A stretch of 63,699 bases of DNA, filler included, from Choristocarpus tenellus KU-1152 (GCA_964200185.2; 10 parts of 10 records of this genome joined end to end with filler, not necessarily neighbours in it), one strand, 5' to 3'; numbered from the whole stretch's first letter, positions 23,989 through 36,349 are shown. Notes: a model not told the origin generated them from the letters alone. Translations and numbers: made by a program.

Positions 23989-25280
23989 TTGGTCTTTGCT
24001 GATACTGTTGCCCCAACATTTCCCCTCTGTCTTCTCAGACAGCCCGTCGGAGGCCCGAAAACTAATGAAGACCAAAAGACCACATACGTCGTAACTTCCA
24101 ACATCAGTGCGACCTGCACGATGGACCTCGCAACGTCTGCCTACATGACACAGAGGTATAACACCAACCTACTGGACACCGATAGAGTGGAGTCTACGTT
24201 CTCGAATCTAGGGTCGGACCCAGTTGTTGCTGCCGATAGGCTTGCGGGTATCCTGAGTGGACAGCCTTTTCCCCTGTGCTACAGATGGAAGACCATAAGC
24301 GACATGAAAGCCAACATGCGCAGGGCGAACGTGCCCTCTAGTGTGCCTGATGGCGAACTACTTGTAACCTACATCACCAACGGCAACCTGGACGTAGACG
24401 AGAATGGTGACAAGAGGGATATAGATGACGACAACCTCTTATTTTGCCTGAATGGACAACACCGCATAATGGTGCTGAGGACAATCCATTGCGTCGCGCA
24501 CGAGGAAAATATTCCAGGTGGCATCAACCTCCCGCCGCATGTCACAATGCGATGACCTCGGACGTCGGAGCGAACCTCCAGATAGGCGATCACAGGAGCT
24601 TCATGTGGAAGATCTATCCGCACTGCAACCACGAAAAAAAGGCTGAATCCATTTCGATAGGAGAGAGTATGGCGGCCAGTAGGTCGCATGTGCCCAACAT
24701 TCTCGACATATTCTTCTGGATGGTGTCCTGGGTCACCGCTATCCTGGAGTATAGGCGCGACTTCGGTTGCGACAAATCCCGCCCTTACATCAATGAAATG
24801 GAGGAGGACTCTGATCGTCGCGCGCGCATGACGACATTGGTCACCAAGTGCAACCAGTACGGTCTAGGTGACGTAGACTTCTGGAGCGACGACGCCGCGT
24901 TACAGACGGCTATTAAGAGGAGGGTAGCTGCCAAGATAAAGGCTTTCCTTAAAGAAGCTTGGGAGGACACACATATGGAAGCCGGGGTGAATAGACTCAC
25001 AGACCAGACCTCCGTCCAATTCTTCAACGCGATCGCCACCCTTGTCTACATATGCGCGCGAGAAGGTGAGATTCTCACGGCTCCTTGAACACAATCGATT
25101 CGTAAAACGATTGCGAAGCACCGCGTACCTTTTGTCTAATATATCCATATTAGTTCCGCGTCGGTGGTCTAACATAGCCCACCCCTCCCTTACCCTCGCT
25201 ATCCACCAACAGAGACAAAAGAACTGGAGGGGATCCTTCTCGGAGTGTGGAGAGAGCACAAGAAGCGCGAGGGATCGAAT
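23989..25280 (+). pseudogene. ParB/Srx-like (NGQHR) domain exon, copy 2, frameshifted
   Basis: 1-nt deletion at ~24554 relative to copy 1 (CGATGAC vs CGATGGAC) splits ORFs 23989-24555 and 24444-25088. Confidence 0.72.
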
Positions 25281-27019
25281 GTAAGCACGATGCACCCGTT
25301 TCATTATTAGTACATGAAATACCCCCCATCACCAACAGTCCAACAACACAGTAATAACCCCTGCCTTCCAATACTGTGAGGTTGAATTGACGCTTCACAC
25401 ATGTGTAACGCTATCGACCATATGACACAGACCATCATCCAACAAATCCGCTCCCACTCCCACGTTCTTTTGTCCTGATCATATTACCTTATCCTTCACT
25501 CACCCAACGCGCACCCGACCAGGACAAATTCGACTTCAGAGCGGTTCACATGTTCACTGTGCTGTGGAATGCCAACCCGGATGCTGCCATGGATTCCCTT
25601 AAGAAAAGTGGGGGATTCACACACATGTACAGGACAAAGGTGGGATAAATGTTCCCAACCATTTTGTCTCCACTCGATGTCGGCACACTTGACATAGGGC
25701 AGACAGTAATTGAAGGATTTGACGTGTTCTGACGAAAGGCAGAGCGATTAATTTCCAGCGATCCCCATGCCCGTAAGGTTCTGATGCGCTACGCGCATCC
25801 CCTGCTTTTCCCTCCCTGGCATATACACTGCCAATTTTAATTCCTCGACATCCTCAAAGCTCGTTCTTTGCGGGTATCCTAAACACACTCTGTCGCACAT
25901 TTGATGTACATGTAGCTCATGGACGAGGTCAAGGAGCAGTATTTCGCTAGAATGTGCACTGATGTTCTCGCTGGAGTCGGACTATCCATCCTGAGAGGGG
26001 AGACTCCCCAAGGTCATCGATGGCGCGTCATTGCCGAAGTGGCTGCGCACATCTTCTCAGAGCAGGAAGTCAAGAAACTGCCTACTGACGCACTCGCGTT
26101 GACGCATGTTGTTGGGACAGAGACATTTCCAGAGGAATGGGTAAGTCGATTTTGACCTTGACGATTGAAATAACGTATGGATGTATATGCATATACCCCC
26201 CTCCTGACCCTGCAAATAGTCGCAATATTTACCACCTTGTTCATACCCCACAAGACAGACACCAGTGTCATCCATGTCACTCACTGTTCCAGCACCCATG
26301 TGCTTCTCCACGACAGTTCTCCCACACTCTTAGGGGCGTCCAGAACAAACGGCCCCCAGCCAGCCAAGACAAAGGAAAGAAGAAGACAAGAGGAAAGGGG
26401 AAAAAAATTAGACCAGGAGTCGGCGATCCAGACCCGGCGTCTGCCGCCAAGGCAGAGGAGGATTGGGAAGCGCAACCCTGGAGGGTGCAGTTGGCTTACC
26501 TGAGACTTATGCACACCAGGAACGTACTCGTCAGGGGGGCCGTCCTGGAGGTCGCAGTCCCCACACCAAACACATAACCTAGACTCTCTTCCATCCTATC
26601 GACCCTCGACAGTTATACAACGAGCGTTGTCACAGGGTTCTCCGGTTCTTTCAAAGGTTGCAAAGTTGCTCCTCGGACACGCTGTGTCATACTTTGCCTA
26701 TGTTGCACCGATCGTCAGAACCCGGCGAAAATAGAGAAATTATGTCGCGGCCACATGCTAGTCCTGTACGCTTCCACTTCACCCTTTCTTACCAGCCCTA
26801 TTCGTCCCCCTGTCCTGGAGGCTCGCATAATCGGCACACCTTCAAAGAACCGCCACTAATCTGGTTCACCCATCCTTTTCCTCTGCATCCTGCCCCGCGT
26901 ACTCCTTCTCACGAACCTTACGAACCTTACGAACCTCTCATCCCTTGCCTCCTAACACTAACAACTCCTCCCGTCGTTTTTAACCCCACTTCGCCACGAC
27001 CTTTGCCGCTCCTCCGCCA

Positions 27020-29049
27020 TCACAGAGATAACGCGTGTCACAAACATTTTGATCATGCCAGTGAACCTATCAACGTCCGAGCACGACCTCGGTAAGTTCA
27101 ATTCCGAGACCAACGCAGCCCACGAGAGAGAAGTTGCCCTTCTCCAAATACGACCGGGAGGCCTGGCCATCACATGCACCGCTCTTGGGGACAACCTCGA
27201 CCCGGATCTTATCAAACTCCTGCAGGATGAGCTCTCCAAATTGACCAATCTAATACTGGTGAAGACAACGGTAGCTGGTGGCGTGTCTACCAGCATACCT
27301 TGTGGAAGACCCGACACACCAGGTACTCGAGAGGAGCAAGACAACCCATCACCTAGCCCTGCAGTAGGTGCGGGAAGCAGGAGTCTAGAGAGGGGGAGGC
27401 ATACAATCACAACCTCGGAACACAACTCTGAAGGCGATGGGGGCTGACCCGTTTGTAACAGATTGTCAGGCCCAGAGGAAATTCTTATGGAGGACGTGAG
27501 GGGGCGGCTAGGCAAGGACTCGGAGTACATGCCTGTCAAGAGTGCTACAGGGATGTCCCCGAACGCCCGTTCAGTGGACAGCGGCAGAACTGAGTCACAA
27601 TTACCAGGGAACTTGTGCGACCACAGTGTGAGGCGAAGTGAAAACCGCGTACATATTGATCGTAACACAACTCCGAGGGAGAAGAGTTCCAAGAAGGACA
27701 AAGGGAATTGCAAAAGGACCCTGATTAGGAAAAAGAGGGTTAGAGAAGACTCTGAAGACGAGGTGGACCGGCCTGTTTGTTTTGACTTGTCAGGTCCAGA
27801 GGAACTTCCTACAGAGGACGTGAGAGGGCGGCTGGGCGAGGACACGGAGTACACGCCTGTCAGGAGTGCCACAGGGATGTCCCCGAACGCCTGTTCAGTG
27901 GACAGCGGCGGAACTGAGTCACAAGTACCGGGGAACGTGTATGACCACAGTGTGAGGCAAAGCAAAAGCGACGTACATATTGATCGTAATAGAACCCCGA
28001 CAAAGAAGCCTTCAAAGAAAGACAAAGGGAATTGCAAAAGGACCCTGATTAGGAAAAAGAGGGTTAGAGAAGACTCTGAAGACAAGGTGGACCGACCCGA
28101 TGGTGACGCTTTCAAATGTCCAGAGGAACTTCCTTCGGAGGACGTGAGGGGGTGGCGAGGCAAGGACTCCGAGTCCACGCCTGTCCGGAGTGACAGAGGG
28201 ATATCCCCTAACGCCCATTCGGTGGGCAGCGGCGGCGATGAGGCAAAGGTGCCAGGGAATGTATACGACCATGGTGTGAGGCACAGTGAGAACCGTGACA
28301 GTTCCACAACCCAGAGGGTCAAGCCTTCCGAGGAGGGCGAAGTCCGGGGTTCTAGGACACTAATTACGAAAAAGAGGGCGAGAGAAGGTGCTGGACAGAC
28401 GAGACCTTTCAAACAGCCTGTTGATCCTGATGGCAGCGCATTAGAACCTGGCTTCCTCGACGATGTCTTCGCTTCTGCCAAAATGGGCAGATGCACGGTA
28501 CATCCATGTTCACCCACATCGAGGGACGACGATGACGACCAAAGATCATCTCGTGGTGAGGAGGATTGTGTCACACAGGATGCGGCTGATTCCGGCGATG
28601 CATCCGATGTGGGGATCACCGAAGCCTTCATGGAGGCATGCATTACTGAGCTCCTACGATCTGCAACGAAACGTGCTTGTACACAGTATCGAGTGCAGAT
28701 GCAAATCCTAACCCAAGTCATTTACGATCACGGGTTCAGGCTCGTCAAATCCGGTAAAGGGGTCGCTTCTCTTATTTTCGGGGATGAGTGCTACGTCCAT
28801 GGGCCCACACGGGTGAAACTCCGCGATCGTGGAGGGAAGCCAGGCAATACGTTGCGTCCTGAGCATGTGGAAGCGCTCCAGGAAAAGAAGGCTATCTTCT
28901 TGAGCCTCGTGAAGCCCAAGCCTTGGAACGCCAGGTACTCCACGCGCCTAAATCTATGGCACCTTCTTGTCGAGGCATACCCTAAGCTCACAGAGTGGTG
29001 GGAGAAGGGTGACGAATGCAATTTCGAGTCCGCCCACCAATTGAAATAG
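27020..29049 (+). pseudogene. Terminal ORF of the element: conserved block, 2.6 x ~108-aa repeats, unknown C-terminal domain
   Basis: ORFs 27049-27447 and 27463-29049 are in the same frame, separated by TGA where other copies have CGA; repeat units start ~27463, 27787, ~28111. Confidence 0.7.
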
Positions 29050-29111
29050 GGCTTCGGTCGTTTCGGTTTTCTGTTGAAGGACGGGTAGAGTTGCAGGTTG
29101 TGCAGATTTCT

Positions 29112-29380
29112 GAGTGAAAGTATCTTAGAGGGTACGAGTTTTGCCCTGTTTGTCCGTTTGGGGCTTGGCTACCCTCAGGTTTTTTAAGATATTTTTCTAG
29201 TTCAAAGTGTTTAGGATTAGGTAAAATGTATACGTTATGAAAAGGTGTGTCCGGAACAAGGATATTGACACTTAACCCTAACCCTAACAAACGCGATATC
29301 GCCAAAATTACATCGAAATCACAACATTGGATTTGGACCCCCAAATGGACGCGGCTCTACCCTCTAAGATACTTTGGCTC
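29112..29380 (-). mobile_element. MITE-A, full length, 4-bp TSD TTCT
   Basis: TTCT|GAGTGAAAGTATCTTAGAGGGTA...TACCCTCTAAGATACTTTGGCTC|TTCT. Confidence 0.9.
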
Positions 29381-29688
29381 TTCTGCATCAGTGTATCTTT
29401 CCATGGTGTCCGACTCCCATGTTCATGCACTTTGCATTCCACGAGTTATGCATTTAGATCGTGGAACAAAAGATACGTAGCTACCAATCAGAGTCGTCAG
29501 CGTATCATATATCTTACTCACGTTGAGGATTAGACCTGTGTTATTATTTGTTTAAAAGAGCGTGTCTGCTACAAGGTTTGGACAACTAAAATATAATACA
29601 TCAATCAAACAACTCTTCTCCACCTGCGTGGCTAACCTTTCCAAACGATTCACCAGGGGCAGCGATGAATACTTTGCAAAAGAGAGCT

Positions 29689-29728
29689 ACTCAAATAGAG
29701 TATTTTGCACTCAAATAGAGTATTTTGC
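29689..29728. repeat. Perfect 20-bp tandem duplication
   Basis: ACTCAAATAGAGTATTTTGC x2. Confidence 0.9.
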
Positions 29729-30530
29729 TTGATGTGGTATGGAAGTATTTATTAGCGGAGTGAGCATTATCCCTTGAGGTGGGGGTGCTCACTCTTATTA
29801 TCTTATTGCACACGTCAGCTGATGCATCAGCTGACACATCAAAATGTGTCCTGCCGTTGGTCGTACTGTGTCACTTATCCTCTGTGTATCTAGTACTACG
29901 TGAGTAATCCTCCATAAATCCATTTATATCAAGTAATAAGAAATCAATCATCTGAGATTCGAACATATTACTCTAAGCACACAAAAACAAGTCAATGACA
30001 CTTGTTCCACTTAGTCAACATATCTGTTGTCTATTAGTGGTTACTAAACACATGTGTAAACCATATAAGAGACTACCAGCCTATATTGCACAAATACCCT
30101 GTCCTCCTGTGAGCCTTTATTTATTCCTTGTACACGATAACGCACCTCCCCCCATTCTTTTCAATACTCTATACACCACCTCTTGCTTTGCCCAACTGTC
30201 GACGAACTAGTTTCGATCAAGTTTAGTCATTGGAATCGTAGGGGATCATTTGCCTAACTAAGTCCACCCACGATGCCCCTAACCACAGCATCAACCCAGG
30301 ACCTGTGGAAGTGTACCTTGAACTACTTTCCTCGGAACGTACGACAATATTCCTTGACCAACAACCACTCGTATATACGTCCATATTCCGCCTACAACTT
30401 TTTCCGTACCTCATACCAACCACTTCAACCCTAACACCCTCAGCGACAACAACCACGTCTTACTACATCCAACATCCAACATATGCACACAAACAAACGA
30501 AAGTGTTAGATTTAAACTGTGCATGACATA

Positions 30531-30788
30531 GAGCGAAGGTGTCTCAGAGGGCACGAGTTTTGCCCTTCTTGTCCCTTTAGTACTTGACGTCTAACGCCTT
30601 TTTTATGACAGTTACCTACTCTGAAACGTTTCTAACTAGAAACATGTATATGTTACTAAAAAGTTGCGTCCAGAACAACGATATTGAGACTTACTAACGA
30701 ACACGATAGCCAAATCTACATTAAAATCACAATTTCGGTGTTTGACCCCCATTTCGACACCACTCTACCCTCTAAGACACTTTGGCTC
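30531..30788 (-). mobile_element. MITE-A, full length, diverged
   Basis: GAGCGAAGGTGTCTCAGAGGG...CCCTCTAAGACACTTTGGCTC; flanks CATA/CGTA. Confidence 0.85.
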
Positions 30789-31306
30789 CGTATGTTTTGG
30801 TTCCTCGTGCACACGCCGGGAGAACAGACCCAAACCGACAATCCTCTATGTGTACATTTTATAAACAACCAATGCAAGCAAATAAACGAACAGAGCAACC
30901 CCGCAGCAGCCAATATTATATTTTCCTATTCCTCAAAAACAATGGGAAAACACACCCTAACCGACTACCCTCTTTGGGTGCTAAACAAATCCCAGTCATG
31001 CAAAAAAAAAAACAGCCCTGGAACAGCCTAGCAAGTATATCTCTTGTTCTTCATCGTAACTGCACGACCAACACACATAAACAAATAAAGCTGTTTGAGC
31101 AGACTCGACATCCGAAACATGCAAACGTCCAAACTCCTCCCCCAATCAAAACCCGATTATTAAATGGTGGTATATATCCCCATTGTCCTTGCGTACGCAA
31201 GGACAGAAATGAACCTAACCAACAGTCTTCTTATTTTTGCTGACATTTCAAATCCGACACGTGCGACCAAATCACACCAAAAAGGGAAAATCGAAAAAGA
31301 GTGAAA

Positions 31307-31330
31307 GACCCAAAGTATCTGGGAGGGGGG
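31307..31330 (+). mobile_element. Family-B terminus at contig end
   Basis: GACCCAAAGTATCTGGGAGGGGGG. Confidence 0.75.
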
Positions 31331-31430
31331 NNNNNNNNNNNNNNNNNNNNNNNNNNNNNNNNNNNNNNNNNNNNTTAATTAATTAANNNNNNNNNNNNNN
31401 NNNNNNNNNNNNNNNNNNNNNNNNNNNNNN

Positions 31431-31683
31431 GGACGCACTTGATGCAAGTTCCGAAGTAACTTAGATGACGTGTGCTATGATGTTCCTGTGTGTGATGTGG
31501 ATCAACTGAATATCAACTGATGCTATTCTTCTATTTACTGTTATCGATGTGATGATGTGTGGGAATGCGCAATAAATAAACGAACACTAACAACCAGTGC
31601 AGTGCACCAATCAACAGTCAGTACAAGCTAGTAGTACGTGCATCATATCAACAAGAAACAAAGGATTAGCCTATGTTTTAACA
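31431..31683 (+). mobile_element. 3' part of LTR
   Basis: Contains AATAAA and ends GCCTATGTTTTAACA like 15811-15970. Confidence 0.75.
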
Positions 31684-33336
31684 TCCCACACCCCTATCCT
31701 TTGTGCTTTCTCCTTGTTTAATTTGGACCCACCATAAACACCCACAATAGACCTAGACAACATCGCATCCCACAACCACTTCCTCCCACATCCTTAGCCT
31801 ATCTTCATCAAGCCCTACCCTCTCGCATTGTAATCAATACAACTATCCACCCTCTCCCCAGCACCTCAACATGATCCCGCAGTACACATGACCTCAAACC
31901 CAACTATCACCATCGATCTCTTTGTTCTAACACCTTCAAAAAGGTCGACAACATGTGTGTCCTGTAAAACCTTTACCCGTGTGCCACCATTTTTGTTAGA
32001 CAGCATTCGCCAGAATAACAGTAGGGGCTGTCTTATCACGATAGTACTCTCAAATTATGCAAGCCACAAGATTTGTGCGAAACATCACTCCACATCGATA
32101 TCTAATATTTCACCTTGTTGTATACTACACCCCTTCCACCATTGGCACAAAGATTGCACACCTTCCTATCTTGCCACAAGAACATTGGTACAATTCAATC
32201 CCACCTAAACAAGATACATACAGAAGTACCATTGTATAAATGCATTTTCAAGAACACTCGTTTGCACACACTCACTCTGCCAAGCACTATTGTGTGTGTT
32301 TTTATTCGCCACGCTCCTTCATACCACGTTTATTTCAACAACTCTTCGAAGTTTGCCATCACTTCAGCCCCACCAACACCTAGATGCCCTAGAATTGAAC
32401 ATGTCAACCCATACATGAGGACACAAATTTCCTCCCATTATTGGAATTAGTTCGAGCATGCTTCCTTAGTGTTCTTGTCGAATCCGACTACCACACACGT
32501 ACTACTCTTCCCTCTCCTATCTATCGATCCAGATGCAATCATCACCCCTACAAAAAGATTTATGTGTGTCATGTTTTTCTATCGAGTACTGATCCTACAC
32601 AATACTTTACTGCACAATTCTTTCACGTTTGGCACAAATCTTATTCATGCACATTATTGCGCCTAAACAAGATGGGCACATTCCACAAAATAAATTACAT
32701 ATCAATCTGAAAATATCCACATGCTGCATGTCAAACGCTATTGCCATGTATCCACTCCTTACATGGAGGTTCATCATCGACGTAGGTACACTCTACTGCA
32801 TCGCACACCCTATTTGTTCATACTGGAACCGTTAATAATCTATCGGTCAACAGTCGTCCCACCGTCGTTTCCCTCGCATGCATATTTCATCTCCACCAAG
32901 AAATAAACGGGGACATATGCTCGCATTACCAATTGAACTGAATTAGAAAATCTCATTACTTTGTTCTTCGGTCAGACCACCATACACACTATTCCCTGTC
33001 CATAGTCTACCCTCTAAAACTTCAAGCACACTGTCTGCACCCACTCTCAATGGTCTATATTGATACCCCTGACATGGACGTCCATCACATCTACATAGCC
33101 TTCCTACAAAATCACATACACATTTTACCAATAATAGGCAATCCCATCCCGAAACAAAGATACTGATGGCCGATTTTTGAACAAGCAATACGCCGTGCTA
33201 ACGCCATGCCTATCACCACGCGTTTCTGTTACTTGACTACACATGACCCGAATAAGAACTGAACACCGAATATTCTGACATATTTTGAGCATACCCCCTA
33301 AAATCTGATCCGAAATTGAGAAAGGATTCGACTATG

Positions 33337-33592
33337 AAGTCAAAGTATCTTAGAGGGTAGAGCTGCGTCCATTTGGGGCCAAAATCCAATGCGGCGATTT
33401 TGATGTAATTGTGGCTATCGTGTTTGTTAGGAAGTGTCAATATCCTTGTTCCAGACACACCTTTTCATAACGTACACATTTTACCTACTCCGAAATGTTT
33501 CGGATTAGGAAATTGTCGCAAAACTCCGTGGGAAGCCAAGCCCTAAACGAACAAACAGGGCAAAACTCGTACCCTCTAAGATACTTTCACTA
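33337..33592 (+). mobile_element. MITE-A, full length
   Basis: AAGTCAAAGTATCTTAGAGGGTAG...TACCCTCTAAGATACTTTCACT. Confidence 0.9.
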
Positions 33593-34068
33593 AAGCATAT
33601 CCACACACAACCAAATAGGAACAGTTGAAAGCTAAATAAACGTCACTGTTGATACACTCATTGAATGCTTCCAACGTACTCATCGATTCCTGATCACTTC
33701 GTAGCACACTTGCAACACAACATTGACTACGTTGTGCGTTGCAACCACAACACGCAAGCATCTCCTGTTACAAAACACGGATGCCATCCATTTAAAATTG
33801 ATGCCTTCCATCGTTGGACACAGGCTATGTATTTCAAATTGGTATCTTCCGACGTTCGCCATCCCTTCGCAGCTCAAAGCCTCCACAGCAAGAACTTAGA
33901 CTTCTTTAGGTCACAAAAAACGGGCCTCGTTTGAACAGCGTAACTCTTGGTACTTCCACACACACAAACGAATCTCGTACGCCCGATCGGTATTCGAATC
34001 GTTTTATTGCCATTCATGACACATACAATTTAATTCCCTGCATCACACACGACCACACATGTGTGTTT

Positions 34069-34784
34069 TGTTGAAACCTGAATCGAATGCATTGTACATG
34101 TAAGCAAAATGCGTAGAATACTAGCGGTGAGGAATCATGGTGTTGCAAAGCACCGATGAGTGGTATGCGTAGTCTATGTTATGTATAGGTATAACTGTGC
34201 TGCAAAGCACTGATGTATTTATTCTGTTGTAACTGAGGTCATTGATCTCTAAGTCAATAATTATGCGATGTGAATTCAGTATTCTTTCATGTGATACTCA
34301 ACCAAAGAAGTTCATACTCTGTGGAGAGGCTTGTTACCTTGGCCGGCAAGGGTTTCCGCGGATGGTTTTCACTCTGATTATATTACATCCATGTGTGTGC
34401 TTTATACACAGTTTGCAGAGTGGCGTTGATGCAATTTGAGGCATCAAAGACAGTCACGAAAGAAATAATAAACCATTAATGTACCACTGTCATCATCTTC
34501 TCCTGATAAAGAGAAAGAAAGAAAAAACAAACAACAGAACAGCAGAACAAAATCGAAACAATATGTGATGCAACTCAACTGACGTACGCTATACTATACT
34601 ATTTGTGTGGAACGCAGAGCGACTGTTCTGTACTAAGGTGTTCTGATTGTAGTTGATGTGGTGATGACGAACTAGTAGTGAAAGTAACGTCCACAGAACG
34701 TAACAGACCAATCAACAATCAGTGTTGACTGGTGGATCTGTATCGTATCAAGGAACAAACAGATGAGTAGCCTATGTTTTAACA
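34069..34784 (+). mobile_element. Solo LTR (716 bp), probably Copia-type
   Basis: TGTTGAAA...TTTTAACA termini flanked by perfect 5-bp TSD TGTTT. Confidence 0.8.
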
Positions 34785-34863
34785 TGTTTATCTAGGTGTA
34801 CATGTATGCGTCTCCAGGTGATGAAAAACAGGTTATACGATCATCCAATACAACTCTGTTTCT

Positions 34864-35122
34864 GAGTGAAAGTATCTTAGAGGCTACGAGTTTTGCCCTA
34901 TTTGTCTAATTGGGGCTTGGCTTCCCACGAGTTTTTTAATTACGTTTTCCTACTCCAAAACGTTTCGGAGTAGGTAAAATGTGTACGTTATGAAAAGGTG
35001 TGTCGGGGACAAGGTTAATGACACTTCCTAACAAACCCAGTAGCCAAAATTACATCAATATCGCAACATTGGATTTTGGCCCCCAAACGGATGCGGCTCT
35101 ACCCTCTAAGACACTTTGAATC
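34864..35122 (-). mobile_element. MITE-A, full length
   Basis: GAGTGAAAGTATCTTAGAGG...CCCTCTAAGACACTTTGAATC. Confidence 0.9.
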
Positions 35123-35791
35123 TTTTATTTTATTGCATCCATCAACACAGCAGAGAGACTGTTGCTCCTGATCTTACCTTCCTTCAGATATTCTGTTGAA
35201 CGCTGACACAGCTTCCTCCTTTATAATTTGAAATAAACTCTGAACGTCACAGGCGTGCCTTACAAGATTGTTTGATGTGTAATACTTGATCTTATTGATG
35301 ATATCTCATTTGCCCACACGGCCACCCTTTCTGCAATAGTATCTCCCTAGTGGGACTGAATTACGTGGTCAACGTTGTAAGTGAGTTATTAGGGTCCTTT
35401 CTACTACCACTCCCACTGACAGTCGTCTAGAAGATCCCTACGTCCAGAAGTCTCAAACATCTCGATCTTACCAGATACTTTCACAGGACAACTCTAGAAA
35501 ACTATATTTTTTTAATTTGTTCTCCAGATCACTGAAAATATCATTGCTGGAAAGTAACGATTTCATGTGAAACTCCTGCATTATTTCATCACGTATCCAG
35601 TGCGTCCATTATCTTAAATACAAGTCTGTAGAGCACAAAATACAAACATCCTTCACTATTTTTAATTGTGTGCCTGTATCTTTTATCTACCTCTGGCATA
35701 CACGGGCTAACTTCGGGCTTACCCTATCGCTGATAGTTCTTGTCTTCGGGATTTTGAATTAGTGCAATTTCTATAAACCCTACCAACTATA

Positions 35792-36025
35792 GACCCAAAG
35801 CATTTAAGAGGATAGGAGTTTTTTCCCCTGTTTGTGTGTTCGGGTCTTGGCTTTCCATGGGTTTTTTATACCATTTTTCGGTTTTTGAAACATTTCGGAG
35901 TAGGTATATATACGAGTATGAAAGGTATGTCTGGAGCAAGGATATTGACACTTCCTAACATGATGGTCAAAATCCATCGAATCACAACATTTGATTTATG
36001 ATCCCGAACGGACGCGGACTCATAA
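35792..36025 (-). mobile_element. MITE-A subfamily 2 (truncated)
   Basis: GACCCAAAGCATTTAAGAGG terminus and MITE-A internal blocks; related to 40083-40340. Confidence 0.7.
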
Positions 36026-36349
36026 TCATTGTGCTAAACATTTTTTTCTCCACCAGAAACTTCGAAATATACCATCCTTCATGTATTACATCTTATCCTA
36101 AATTGTATCTGTATCTTTTCAGTTTCTTCATAAATATTATAGCACATGAACAAAAAACGCCAGGCCAATGAAATAGTAAGTCTACGATATATCTTCACCA
36201 GTTCATTTATGCAGGGAAGCTCTCACCATCCAAGTACCAAATTCACACACTAAATCGTCACTATATAGTAGAAACGTTCGCAACAATCCTCAATTGCTGT
36301 CCAACCTAGAATTCCTTCGCCCCTTTATTTTATCCCCACGTCCACTATT

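Larger units (their letters stand above)
22441..29049 (+). mobile_element. Multi-exon ParB-like-domain repeat element, copy 2 (most complete)
   Basis: Order: fossil MITE, ~235-bp array, NGQHR exon (24039-25280), exons ~25523-25639, 25916-26140, ~26293-26560, terminal ORF ~27020-29049. Confidence 0.8.

Noticed and set aside
26958-28721. 587-aa minus-strand ORF
   Set aside because: Antisense shadow of the repeat-rich plus-strand ORF; conservation with the distant relative is on the plus strand
15971-29049. Apparent giant inverted repeat centred near 22050
   Set aside because: The arms are on different contigs separated by an artificial spacer and are substantially diverged; orientation and adjacency are not informative
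32770-32800. YVDD motif on the minus strand suggesting a reverse transcriptase
   Set aside because: No supporting RT motifs recognisable nearby
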